Shown: in pieces, positions 12,754 through 24,173 of the stretch
How the letters are laid out: each line of letters begins with the position of its first letter
How positions within the stretch are numbered: position 1 is the stretch's first letter
NCBI GenBank assembly: GCA_010093605.1
Contig: MU004184.1
Coordinates: 2,056,801 to 2,120,800, forward strand
DNA length: 64,000 bases
Source: Lophium mytilinum
Lineage: Eukaryota
Direction of reading: 5' to 3'
Program-made: the position numbers and the translations under genes
Notes under the pieces: model-generated
Seen by the model: the letters and a program-made list of their open reading frames with translations, nothing else
What the model was told of the DNA's origin: nothing
Databases searched by the model: none

Positions 12754-15700
12754 ATGACCATTGTATCCAGAGCAGACGCATGCGTCTACGTTGATAAAAT
12801 CAGGGAAGGGAATGGTGGAATTTCCCGACAAGATCGAGAATTCTTGGAGCGAGAGAAGCCACAAGTACTTGTAGCACTGGAGAATTTGCAGCGAAGGCTA
12901 GGCGCTACAACGAAAGCGTAAGCCTACCTGCAACTGAAGTTTGCCTTTTCGGCTTCCACATATCTTCTACACTCTCAAGCTCGTTCAGGTGCTGACCTGC
13001 TACTCCGTCATAGACTTGCTGCAGAGCTTTACGCAAAAGACACCCGCTTTGTATACGAGTTGATCCAAAATGCCGAAGACAACAGTTATAGAGTCGCAAA
13101 TAATGAGTCTGAGCCCCCTTGGCTTCGGTTTGCCCTCGACCAGGACCGAATCGTGATCGATTCTAACGAGGATGGGTTCTCAGAAGCGAATATAAAGGCT
13201 ATCTGCTCCATCGGCGAAAGTACGAAGACCTCTATTCAGGGCTATATCGGTGAGAAGGGCATCGGGTTCAAGTCTGTCTTCAAGGTTGCACGCAAAGTTC
13301 ATGTGCAGTCCGGGTCCTACTCATTTGCTTTTGAGTACCAGCGCGATGGAAATGACAACGGTCTAGGAATGGTCACGCCAATGAATGAAGAGTACCTCGA
13401 CATCCCAAATGGAGTTCGCACCCGGATAATCTTGTATCTTCTCACAACATGTGACAGAGATGCGTTGCGCAAGGAGTTCCTGGATCTTCCAGATACGTTG
13501 TTGCTATTTTTGAAGAAGCTGGAGAGGCTGTCGATCATGATTACCATTCCAGGTGAGCGCGACGTAGAGCGGAACTATTCATTATCAGAATCTGGAAACA
13601 AGGTGAGTATCCACAAGAGTCTTCCTCAGTTGAATTCTACCTCGACACAAAATTACTGGACGACGAGACGCGAGGTTTCGAACATGCCAAACGATCACGC
13701 ACGCAAGAACGTCTCAAAGGCTGAAGTAGTTCTGGCATTTCCTTTGGATGCAGACGATACTCCTGTTATCAAAAATCAGCACGTTTTCGCTTTCCTTCCT
13801 TTGCGGAAGGTTGGGTATAAGGTTGGTTACCTTGATTGATCTTGATGAGTAGAAAAAGAGCCCTAGCTAATGCGTTTTACCGTATTATAGTTCCTAATCC
13901 AATCCGACTTCATCACTCAGACCAGCCGTGAAGATGTCATTAATTCTCCATGGAACAACCGCTTACTCGACGAGGTTACCGAAGCATTTTTATCAAGCGT
14001 AACCGACTTTTTATACCATCCAGTTCTCCGGCATTGCTGGGTACGTTTCATCCCAACCCGCCACATCGCCGACGATTTCTGGGGACGCCTTCAGACCAAG
14101 ATATTCAAAGCAGTCTCGTCACGCAAACTATTCTTCGATCGTTACAATGACGAAGAAGGCCTAAAATTTGCCTATATGTTACGGATCGTTCCCGAGAAAT
14201 TCAGAGATGAGGAAGGCGACCCACTACTTGCCGATTTCGAAAACGAAGAGCACACAGCCTACATGTCAGAGCAATATGACAAGACGTTGGATCTTCCTAT
14301 TTTGAGAAAAATTGGCGCCGAAGATTTGTCGGACGGGGACTTTTTGGATAGACTTCAGCATGATCTCAATCTCTCAGATGTCACGCAGAGCCGCATGCGT
14401 TCCAAGCCATTGCCCGCTCAGTGGCATACCGACGTTGCAAATCTGCTTGTATTGATGATGAGGTACTCGAACTTAATTCCGAGAATTAAGATCCTCCCAA
14501 TTGTGCCCCTCGATACGGGCAGATGGGCCAGCTCGCGGAATGCCAGTATATACTTCCCAACATCAGGCGGCATTGAAATCCCAGCGAACTTGGGCTTGGC
14601 CCTCATTGACTCGGGCGCGCTCCGTAACAGCAGCCGGATGACATTGTTTGGCAAGCTTGGGGTTACGGAGTGTGACCCATCCAGGGTCTTTCCATTGATA
14701 GAACAGTTTCATCGAAACCCCGTACTGCAATCGAGAGAAACCATCCCGCACATAAAGTTTATGTTCTGGCATCACACCAAATTACCTACTGAAGGAATCA
14801 AGATAATGCTGCTTGGTAACCTGGGCCTTTTCCCGACCGATGCCTTTGCCAGATGGACGTACAATCCTCGCTCCGAAGCTCCTTACTCCATGTCTAAAGT
14901 CTTTGGCGCATCAATCCCGGACGTGTTAGACAACACAATAGTGAGATTTCTGAGCCCCATATATCACGAGGCACTTGAGCATCTTGATCGCCGGAACGAT
15001 CAGACAGCCCTCGACTGGCTTGCAAGGTTCCTAGAAATGAAGAACAACCCCCAGCTTCGTCAGAGATCCAACGCCCGGAAGGTCTCTTCGGAGCTCAAAT
15101 ATATCATGAACCACCAGCCGCAGTTCCTACTACATGTGCTCGAGGCAAATTGGTATCAATACCAGCTTCGCTTGTGGGATAGACATGTGAAACCTACTAG
15201 AGTTCCAGTCCTTCATTCAGATCAATTACAAAGCCTCGACAAGACGTATCTGCCTTTACCGAAACTCATGGCTATTGTTCTTCGTCTTGGCCTTGAGCAA
15301 GATTTTGGATTTCTCAAAGAGCTTGACGGTATTGCAGATTCTGCGGCAAGCAAATGGATGTTCTTGGAGCGCTTTGGCGTCGGGATGGAAGAAAACGTCT
15401 CGTTTTGGTTGGCACTGTTGAAGCAAGCCAAGCACCAGGAAGCTGTACAAAGTGCAGTCGTCTTCGAGATATATACGAACTTGCAGAAGTTTGTCGGATC
15501 AAAAGATATTGAGGAAATCAGGTATGTTTTGTTCATTCTACTCCTTAAACGTCTTCTCGTTAACGGTTGCCAATCAGGACAGTATTCAATGAGGATGCTT
15601 ATGTCTTCTTGCCTTCAGAAAGCTCTAATGAGACTCCGTCCTGGCGATTTGCTGAAGACTGTGTGTGGGACGGCCCGCAGTGGTTCACGTATAAGGCCAG

Positions 15701-18230
15701 CCTTACGAGCACCGAACAGTATCGGCAGCTTTACAGTCTCTTCCAAGTTACTTTAGGGGTCAGAGATGCCAACTGTGACGATTTCATGGCCTGTTTAGAG
15801 TCTTTTAAAAACTCTGAGACCGACATGTCGAGCGACGAGGAAGCGAAAGTTGTGCTTCTCTATCAACAGTTATACAAAGTGGCCATCGATAGTAACGAAC
15901 TCGGTGTGAACGAGAAAATCAGGTACGTAGGAACTCTTTTTACGTGTGCACCATCTTCATAGAAATTACGGTGCTGGCTACCGTTTAAAGTGACGTCAAG
16001 AGCTTGCCAATGTGGAGAGGGAATCCCGTTGATCCGGGGTTTCCTCCCTAGAAAGGAATAGTATGAAAGCATGCGTCTAACCTCACCAGGATCGAGATTG
16101 AAGTGGAGTGCCTGGTATATAACTACCACAGTAGAACTTGGCATAACCCATCTTCTTGTATCTGGGCTGAAGACGAGATTCGATTACCCGGAAAGCTGTC
16201 AATTGCCACGATGTACAAAACGCTAAAGCCTTTCTTTCTCGGCGTTCTTCGCATCACGAAACCAAGCTTGGAGATGCACATATCTGCTCTTAAAGAGAAG
16301 GCATCGACAAACCCGGACAAATATAGTATTTTTCGGGAGATACTAAACATATGTGCGTTCGACATACCGTTCAAAGCTTTGGAAAGTCTGCGCAACTGCA
16401 AATGTCTTCCGGTAAAGCTATCCTCTGGGACCACCGAGTGGTCGGATTGCTCCAAGGACTTCGCTATCGTAAATCGTCGCGACTATAGTCAAACATTCGC
16501 GGGTCGAATAAACGTCTTGGATTTCTCCCTTGAAGAGGTCCATTCTTTGAAGCCATTCCTCTCCGGGTTGGGGTTAGAGGAACGATTTTTGTCCAGAGCG
16601 GTCAGGGAAGAGACCACCGTCCAAGGCGGTTCGAAGGACGAGCGGCTCACAGCTGACTTGAGAAAGAAGTCTTATGCGATCTGCCGGTGAGTCTTGAGCT
16701 ACCTGAAGGTGAAGAAACGTGCTAACTTTATAGATATGCTGCTCATCTAGGAAGTAAGAGAGCCCACGAGGATCCGGTCTCCATGCATCAGACTCTTCAG
16801 AACATAGACGTCTACGTCAGTAACGCAATCTCCAAATCTGTGTCCATTGACCAAAACGGCGCAACCGTTACGGTCCCGCAAGCCATAGCGTACTTTCATC
16901 TTGATCAAGTAGAAGGAAAACTCAACCTCTACGTCCCGCAAAGCAAGAATAACCAGCGACTGTGTCTATCGAGAGAGCTCCCGATCACCCTTCTCCAGCA
17001 TTTCGGAGTTCCGAAAGACGCGAACGGGGCAGAGCTTGGGTCTATCATTACGGAGTCCAGCCTCTTTGTGATTGATGGGCTTCTAGAGCAAGCTGGTATC
17101 ATCGAAGTGGAGGGAATAATGAGGCCGGAAGACGAAAGCGAAGACGAAGTAAGCTCACCGGGGACGGAAGATATAGCAAGGAGTCTTTTGTTAGCAAGAG
17201 ATGCTTCTCAGGGTATCGAAGCCCATGCACCACGTCTACCGGCCGCTATCAACACACCCGAAAATACTTCGCCGACGCAGGTCCTTGACCTGAATACTGG
17301 ACCCAGAGCACCAACACCATCTGGAATTGCAGGCACCCCAGGAAGTACTGCTCAGACACGAAGCTCTCGCCATGGCACTGAACCACAGGCACCACGTACT
17401 CCGCCGTCGCAGTCGAGCAGTACTCAGGAGTCCTATCCTACACCCAACTCATCACAGTTCGATAGGGCGCCTAGCCCTCCAGAGCGACCAGATCTTTACC
17501 AAGAATTGCTGAATGCCGTGGTTCTCCAAGCAGAAAGTCTTCATCATCTACCGCAGAAAGGACAGACTATCCTGGCTCCAGTCCTCGGGCGCCTAGCAAT
17601 CGGATTCGATACATCCCTTGCCGTTCACTCATCCATTGTCGGCGAAAGAGAGTTCAAGATAGGCGCTGCCGGTGAACTATTTGTAAGTGCTTCTCGTCAA
17701 TCCGCTGCCCTTTATGTCAGTCAGATGTCAGTCATACTGAACTGAATCAGGTATTCGAATTCTTGAAAGGCCTTGCGCTCCCCAACTTTACCCTCAGGAA
17801 CTGGCAAAGCACGATCCGCCACCGAGTTGCTGTGCACGAGCGGTACCACGGCTTGTTGCGTTGGATCGGCTCGGAAACCGCAGATATTGTATACCTGGAC
17901 CGTGAAAGTACTCTCACAAACCTGCTGATTGCAACGGGGTATCTGCAAGCTTCCACCTGGAGGCATAAGACGCCAGAATACTACATTGAGGTCAAAACAA
18001 CAACCGGATTACTAGACACACCGTTCTATTGCAGTCAGGCACAGTACGATAGGATGGAGGATATGAAGTTTCTTGCGACTTTTTCGTCAGAAAAGGTGTA
18101 CTTAGTGGCAAGAGTCTTCTCATTAGGAAGTTCTAGGATGGGTCTGAAGTTGTATATGGATCCGGCAGAAAAGCGAGAATTAGAGTTCAAAACGGACAAG
18201 TACTCTGTCACGCCTATATATACGTTCTAG
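12754..18230 (+). CDS. Sacsin/NO VEIN-like protein: N-terminal GHKL/HATPase, C-terminal DUF3883-like PD-(D/E)XK nuclease-like domain; 7 exons, ~1657 aa
   Basis: Exons 12754-12917, 13014-13821, 13891-15521, 15578-15922, 16090-16686, 16734-17682 and 17751-18230 join in frame. Motifs ELIQNAEDN, SNEDGF, IGEKGIGFKSVF, FLIQSDF; C-terminal IGAAGELFV..ADIVY..YYIEVKTT..FYCSQAQY. Confidence 0.85.
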
Positions 18231-18249
18231 AATAGGCATGGGAAGATTG

Positions 18250-18990
18250 GGCCCCGATTCACGCTCCTAAGAACGTGACATTGCGATTTTCAAATGATGA
18301 ATAGGCTTGAAGGGTCTCAAATAGCTACCCACACGTGCAGGACGCTCTCAAAAGGCTTCCAAATTAGGCTGATGTGCAATAGGGAGCGATATCTCGACCT
18401 GAGCGGCAGGTGTTTAGTGTGAAGGCTCGTGAACATGACATCGTGAGTTCTAAAAGATGAGTAGGCATGAGGCGTCTCACACAGTTACCCGCACGTGCAA
18501 AACACTCCCGCCAGGCCTCCGATCTAGGTTGGTGTACAAAAGGGAGCGATATCTCGTTCTTGGCGGCAGGTGTGTAGTTTGAAGGCTCGTGAACATGACA
18601 TCGTGATATTTGAAAGATGGTTAGGCCTGAGGGGTCTTACGCAGCTATTCACACGTGCAGTACGCTCCTCTTAGGCTTCCGATCTAGGTTGTTGTGCAAA
18701 AGGGAGTGAAATACGGTCATCAGGGGCATGCCCCTGAATCACGTGCATGTGGACTTGACATCGTCAATTTCAAAAGCTGCATAGGTGTGGAGCCCTTCAA
18801 ACGGTTACCTGTATTGTCAAAGCATTCGCTGTAGAGGTATGAATGCCGCTCTTAGGCAAACAGAAGCCGGATCTTGTCAATAGGAGCAGGTGTTCAATTC
18901 ACGGGTCCGCGGACGTGACATCGTCAAATTCAAAAGCTGCATAGACTCGGAGCCTCTCAAACGTTCGCCTGTATAGCCAAATAACTCGCT
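18250..18990. repeat. Diverged tandem array, exact 160-bp period, ~5 units
   Basis: Anchor G(A/G)ACNTGACAT recurs at 18271, 18431, 18591, 18751 and 18911. AGGGAG at 18381/18541/18701 and CACGTGCA at 18332/18492/18652. Confidence 0.92.
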
Positions 18991-19043
18991 ACACACGCCT
19001 GAATTGGAGTTGCCTCTGATTTTGTTCCGAAGGCTGCCAGACA

Positions 19044-19382
19044 TCGCTCCGAATCACTTCGGCCCAGTCCCTATCATCCATCACGACACCTCACCACCAT
19101 TCTTCCACCTTCCACGCTAGGCTCCAACACTACACACCACCATATAGCCCCACCATCAGGGCCACAAAACCCTTCCTCCTACACCAATCTTTCCTTCCAC
19201 AAGGGTCCTCCGGCTCGCTCCGAATCACTTCGGCCCGCTCCCTATCACCCATTGCGACACCTCACTACTATTCTTTCACCTTTCACGCTAGGCTCCAACA
19301 TCAACCACCACTATATAACGCCGTCGCCTAGCCCGCCCAACCCTTCCTCCTACACCAATCTTTTCTCCTCCAAGGCTCCTCC
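19044..19382. repeat. Tandem duplication, 171-bp period, 2 copies, C-rich on + strand
   Basis: TCGCTCCGAATCACTTCGGCCC starts at 19044 and 19215. Both copies continue to CCCTTCCTCCTACACCAATCTTT. Confidence 0.9.
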
Positions 19383-19868
19383 AGTACCAAGGATCCGCCG
19401 GCCCACGCCAATTCCGCCCCTCCACAGCGCAGTACTACACCACTCACCGCCATTCCAACTCTATTTCTTAGAAGTGCTCGATTCTAAGGCAAAAGAAGGG
19501 TAGAACCGGCATCCCCGTGCGCGCTGCGCTGTCCCCAGAGCTGATATCCCGATATTCGGCAGCGGGGAACAGATCCCCGGTCACAGGTACAAATACCCCC
19601 CATCGCGCACATTTCTTCTTTTCTCTTCCACTCACCTCTGGAACCAGCAGCCTGAGCGCTTCAAACGACACCAGACTGCCTGCCTCTTTGACCAGCCTCC
19701 TGAACCCATTGAAGCCAGTCTGACGCCGGCATCTGCACGCCAAAGCCCCTATCACGACCTCCCGATTTTGGCTGCCCTGCTCGTGCCTTCTGGAGTGTCT
19801 CTTCAAATCCCGCCATCTCGGTCATCCTTTTGACTGCCTCTTCCTCACCTTGAGGTACCCCTGGCACC

Positions 19869-21437
19869 ATGGGCCAGCTTCTCTCAACCGCCAATCCCGC
19901 GCCTGATTCGCAGGCTCCCCCTATCATCCCTTTGGCGGCTGCCCGATTCCCGCCTTCCCCTCCCTCTTCCACGGCCGGAGACCGTGAATCGTACGTCCGG
20001 ATCGGTGAGCTTGGCGCCCTGGTAAAGGACCTTGAGGGACGCCTGGACGCCGCAGCCAAGGAGAATGCCGCCGTCCAGAAATACCTCCTCGGGCAATTGG
20101 TTGCCCAAACTGGCCTGATTTCAGCTCCTGTTCCTGATGTTTCTGCCCAGGACGCCAGATTGGAGGCCTGCTTGAAGAGAATTGGCGAGTTGGAAAAGGA
20201 GGTGGAGGCCTCCAAGCAGCGCCAAGAGGCTCGCCAAATCGCTGAGGATTTCATCTCATTTGAAGAGGAGGAGATTCTGGATGCTGAGGTTCTGACTCCT
20301 TCCCAAGGCCTTCAAATCGGACCTGTGGCGGTTGAGTTTGGCGAGGATAGGAAGGAGGCTGAGGAGCCCCTGGAGGTGGTGAAGGGCAAGGAAAAAGCCA
20401 CTCCTGATCCGGCTGATTCGCAGCCTTCCCGCGTCAGCATCCCGCCGCACCTCCGATATCAGAGCGAGAAGAAGACGGTTTTGGACCCCCAGGACAGCCG
20501 TGCGAATGTCTCCAGAGGGCGCTCACCTGCTCCACGCCCTCGACCTGATCTGAAGGGTGCTGCCGATGTCAACCAGCCAGGGCCTTCAAATCGCGTCCAG
20601 ACAGGTGCTGGTTTGACGGCCTCCAAATACGGTCCTGGTCCCCCCGGACCCCCTCGGAATGCTCCCACTGGCCCACGCATCCCAACTCAGAGCGCCTACT
20701 TCACCCACATCGAGCCCCCAGCTCCTGGGACTATTCACCGCACTGAGGACCTCCGCTACGCCCCAGAGGACGTCACAGGAACCCGCCGTTCGGTCCTGAT
20801 CCTCGGCATTCCACGCCAAGTTCGCCTCTATCAGGTCCTCCAGCTCGTCACCACGGGTGAACTCATCTCTGCGCGCCTCGCGAAGACCGGTACCATCACC
20901 GGCTTCGAAACCGCCTACCTTGTCTTCGCCGAGGAACGCGCTGCCGTGGAGCTCGCGCAGAACGGGCCGCTCGTCATCAAAGGCCGTCGTCTCACCGTGA
21001 GCCTCATCAACAGCCCTACCTGGCGCATGAGTAGGGAACTGCACGATGGGGTGGTAAACAAGGGATGGACGCGGTTCATTCGTATTGCGGACCTCCCGGC
21101 GGATTTCGAGCCGGCCAACCTGGAGCATCACCTGCGACTCCTAACGTGCGAGTGGCAGATCAACCCAGCGCTGCGCTATTGGAACATGGATGGCGATCTC
21201 TGGGTGGAGTTTGAGGGCGTCATGGAGGCGAAGGCGGCCGTGGAGCACTTTGCGCACTTGTTCAGGCAGGTGGGCTGCGCTGTGAGGTTCGGCAGGGACC
21301 CGAACATTTTTGATGAGTCGGAGGACGGAGAGGATGAGAGTGAGTATGGAGATGAGTATGACGGAGATGGAGAGGAGACTGCTCAGGATGAACAGGCGGC
21401 TGCGGGTGCTGATGAGCGCCCCCTTATTGAGTTCTAG
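19869..21437 (+). CDS. Intronless 522-aa protein: coiled coil, Pro-rich linker, two degenerate RRM-like domains, acidic tail
   Basis: Long clean ORF. RRSVLILGIP..TAYLVFAEERAA..LVIKGRRLTV and TRFIRIADLP..LWVEFEGVMEAKAA..VRFGRDP resemble RRM beta1/RNP1 patterns. Confidence 0.7.
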   Translation: MGQLLSTANPAPDSQAPPIIPLAAARFPPSPPSSTAGDRESYVRIGELGALVKDLEGRLDAAAKENAAVQKYLLGQLVAQTGLISAPVPDVSAQDARLEACLKRIGELEKEVEASKQRQEARQIAEDFISFEEEEILDAEVLTPSQGLQIGPVAVEFGEDRKEAEEPLEVVKGKEKATPDPADSQPSRVSIPPHLRYQSEKKTVLDPQDSRANVSRGRSPAPRPRPDLKGAADVNQPGPSNRVQTGAGLTASKYGPGPPGPPRNAPTGPRIPTQSAYFTHIEPPAPGTIHRTEDLRYAPEDVTGTRRSVLILGIPRQVRLYQVLQLVTTGELISARLAKTGTITGFETAYLVFAEERAAVELAQNGPLVIKGRRLTVSLINSPTWRMSRELHDGVVNKGWTRFIRIADLPADFEPANLEHHLRLLTCEWQINPALRYWNMDGDLWVEFEGVMEAKAAVEHFAHLFRQVGCAVRFGRDPNIFDESEDGEDESEYGDEYDGDGEETAQDEQAAAGADERPLIEF

Positions 21438-21593
21438 GGATGGATCGTATGTGCGACTGACTGACTGGAGATCTTTTCTTACCTTATTGATACCCCTGGA
21501 GACTGGATTCTAAAAGTTGGGGCTATGCGATGATTTTTTTGATATTTGGCCTGAAATAGGCCCTATTATTCAGATAGGAAACCCCTGCATCAG

Positions 21594-22167
21594 AAATCAA
21601 ACCATGAAATCTCAAGATTTGCCGCCTGCTTGCCACTGTCTGAGGTGCCCCCGTGGGTCATAAAAATCCGGAAAAGTCAGTTTTGATAAGCCCAAAAGCT
21701 CGCTGGGCCACCTCAGACGGCGTTAAACCACTGCGACTTCATGTTCAACCTACCCCCATAATCCCCTTGAGCCAAAATCAAACCATGATATACCATGATT
21801 TTCCACTTACTTGCCACCGTCTGAGGTGCCCCCATGGGTCATCAAAATCCAGAAAAGTCATTTTTGACAAGCCCAAAAGCTCGCTGGGCCACCTCAGACG
21901 GCGTCAAACCCACCGCAACACTAATACCTAAACATCACAATCCTAGGCTCCTCAGATCCAACTCCCCCAAAATCAAATCATGATACACCATGATTTTCCG
22001 TCTGCTTGCTACCGTCTGAGGTGCCCCCGTGGGTCATAAAAATCCAGAAAAGTCGGTTTTGGCAAGTCCAAAAGCTCGTCAGGGCACCTCAAACAGCGCC
22101 AAACCCACCCCAAAACTAATACCTAAACGCCACAATCCCCGCCCTCTCCGGATCCAACTTCCCCAAA
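21594..22167. repeat. Tandem array of 3 units (periods 181 and 195 bp), each with an internal inverted repeat
   Basis: AAATCAAA(C/T)CATGA begins units at ~21594, ~21775 and ~21970. The pair CCGTCTGAGGTG / CACCTCAGACGG is perfect at 21817-21828 / 21890-21901 and degenerate in the other two units. Confidence 0.92.
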
Positions 22168-24173
22168 ACCGTCTTATCCACCCTATCCAACGCCAACGCG
22201 CCATTAATCACCAAACTCACGCTGCGCCCCAGCACCTCGACATACTTCTCCCGCACCTCGGGCCGCAGATGCTCCATACTCACGATGCTATCCAGCCACT
22301 CGCACACCTGCTCGTGGTGCACGTCGGCGCTGTACCCGCCGCCGGGCGCGTACTGCCCCATGCGCATCTGCGACAGCGTCCAGGGCGACCAGGCGACGAT
22401 GGGGGCGCGCGCGGTGACGGGGAGGACGATGGCTGGGCAGCCGTCGAGGATGTGGAAGATGATGGTGCCGCAGCCGGGGCGGCGCGAGGTCGACCACATG
22501 TTGGCGCGGTAGGGGGAGATGCCGGTGAAGAGGAGGACGAGGCGGTTGGTGCGCAGGTCGTGCGAGGGGTCGGGGTCGCAGAGGGAGAGGACGTGGGCGG
22601 ATTCGGAGACGAGTTTGTGGGCCATGGCGTAGTCGGCTGGGAGGCGGTTAGTTGGGAGGATGTAGTTTGGGGAGGGGGTAGGGGCGGGGATGTGTGATGT
22701 GTGAGAGGGGATATTTGAGGGAAGTTGTGCATGCTTGTTCACTGCTGTTTGGGGTACTTCGATGCATTGCCAAAGATCTGAACGGTATGAGAGGCGCAGA
22801 AACTGATAGACTGGACGCCTTTTAAGCGGTCGTGCAGATCTTGAAACCGAATCGAAGCAGGCAAATAGTGACGCACAAGTACGCGCAAGCATGTATCCCA
22901 GGACTGAAAGGAAAATTGGGTACGAACCACCAACGAACGGCCCAAAGAACTGGGCAATAGAAAAATCGTTGCAGCGCGGTATAGAAGGAGTCCGAGCACT
23001 CGCAAAGAGATATGGACAGAACCATCCTTTTTCGCAAGCCTGCGAGTTCCGCGCAGGATAGATGCCAGCGAAACGTAGATCTGCATCTACACCCATAAGT
23101 TTGTGCTTGATGCCAACCTGCATGCTCTTGACCGACGTCGTCTGGACCATCTTCTCTTCCTCTGGGAGCATATGTTCCAGGAAGCCCTTGTCGAGTGCTT
23201 GCTCTACAACCTGAAAGATACCATATTTCAGTATAGTGGTCCCAACTATTACGCCTGCACCACTTGACACAATTTCAGCAACGAAGCTGTCCGCACCAAA
23301 TAGACCGGTAACAAGGCCGTCGGCCCCATCAACAAGTGGCGCGCCAACGAAAGCAAAAGTCGTGAAGAGCACGGCATCTCGATACCGAACATTGGGCAGA
23401 GTGACCGGGTTGTTATCACCCCACGGAGAAAGGGCCTTTGGCATCTTCAAGGCCGTAGTGGCAGTTTGGACGGAGGAACGCGCGACTCGACCAACAAGGG
23501 TATCTCCGAAGAACCGCTGCACTTTTCCAGTCTTCTTCTCATCTTGAGCGCCCGGGGGCGACATCTGACCGGGTTGACCCGGGATCTGCGGCTTGCTTGC
23601 GGAGGAAGAACCGAAAAGTCCACCTGGAGTAGTTTGAACGAAAGACGGTTGCGGCTGCATAGGCTGCATCATTGGTGGCTGGGCAAACTGTTGCTGAGGT
23701 TGCATCATCTGCTGCTGTGGCATCATTTGCTGAGCTTGCTGTTGGATGGCTTGGAGCTTCTCTGGAGGCATGTTTTGGACAATCTTTTGGAACTGTTGCT
23801 GCTGATCGGGAGTCATGTTTTGAGGGTACTGCATAGGCGGCTGTTGGAATCCTGGCTGCATCATTTGAGGAGCTGCGGCCATAGGCTGGAACTGCTGTTG
23901 AGGGGCTCCCATGGGCTGGAACTGTTGTGGTGCAGCCATTCCGGGGTGAGGTTGAACCTGCGGGACATATTCGTGCTTTTCTGGCGGATATGACGACTGT
24001 TGAGGCTGTTGTGGTTGCTGCTGCATCGGGGATTGAATGAACGTGGGCTGGGGCTGTCCCATGGCTGGCGTTTGAGTAGTGGGATAGCCTTGAGGAGTTG
24101 ACTCGTATGGCGGAGGTGCCGGATTCTGGTCAAACTGACCCACCGAAGGCGCTTGTTGATGTATGAGTGGCAT
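22116..24173 (-). CDS. Hypothetical protein with Gln/Pro/Met-rich N-terminus and globular C-terminus; one intron
   Basis: 685-aa ORF with a probable in-frame intron 22927-22637 (GTTCGT..CTAAC..CAG) giving GPFVG|ADYAMA. N-terminal PPPY motif. Confidence 0.8.
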   Translation of the reverse strand: MPLIHQQAPSVGQFDQNPAPPPYESTPQGYPTTQTPAMGQPQPTFIQSPMQQQPQQPQQSSYPPEKHEYVPQVQPHPGMAAPQQFQPMGAPQQQFQPMAAAPQMMQPGFQQPPMQYPQNMTPDQQQQFQKIVQNMPPEKLQAIQQQAQQMMPQQQMMQPQQQFAQPPMMQPMQPQPSFVQTTPGGLFGSSSASKPQIPGQPGQMSPPGAQDEKKTGKVQRFFGDTLVGRVARSSVQTATTALKMPKALSPWGDNNPVTLPNVRYRDAVLFTTFAFVGAPLVDGADGLVTGLFGADSFVAEIVSSGAGVIVGTTILKYGIFQVVEQALDKGFLEHMLPEEEKMVQTTSVKSMQVGIKHKLMGVDADLRFAGIYPARNSQACEKGWFCPYLFASARTPSIPRCNDFSIAQFFGPFVGGSYPIFLSVLGYMLARTCASLFACFDSVSRSARPLKRRPVYQFLRLSYRSDLWQCIEVPQTAVNKHAQLPSNIPSHTSHIPAPTPSPNYILPTNRLPADYAMAHKLVSESAHVLSLCDPDPSHDLRTNRLVLLFTGISPYRANMWSTSRRPGCGTIIFHILDGCPAIVLPVTARAPIVAWSPWTLSQMRMGQYAPGGGYSADVHHEQVCEWLDSIVSMEHLRPEVREKYVEVLGRSVSLVINGALALDRVDKTVLGKLDPERAGIVAFRY

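Noticed and set aside
18250..18990. CRISPR-like array next to a nuclease gene
   Set aside because: Units align along their whole length with no short invariant repeat plus unique spacers, there are no cas genes, and the context is eukaryotic.
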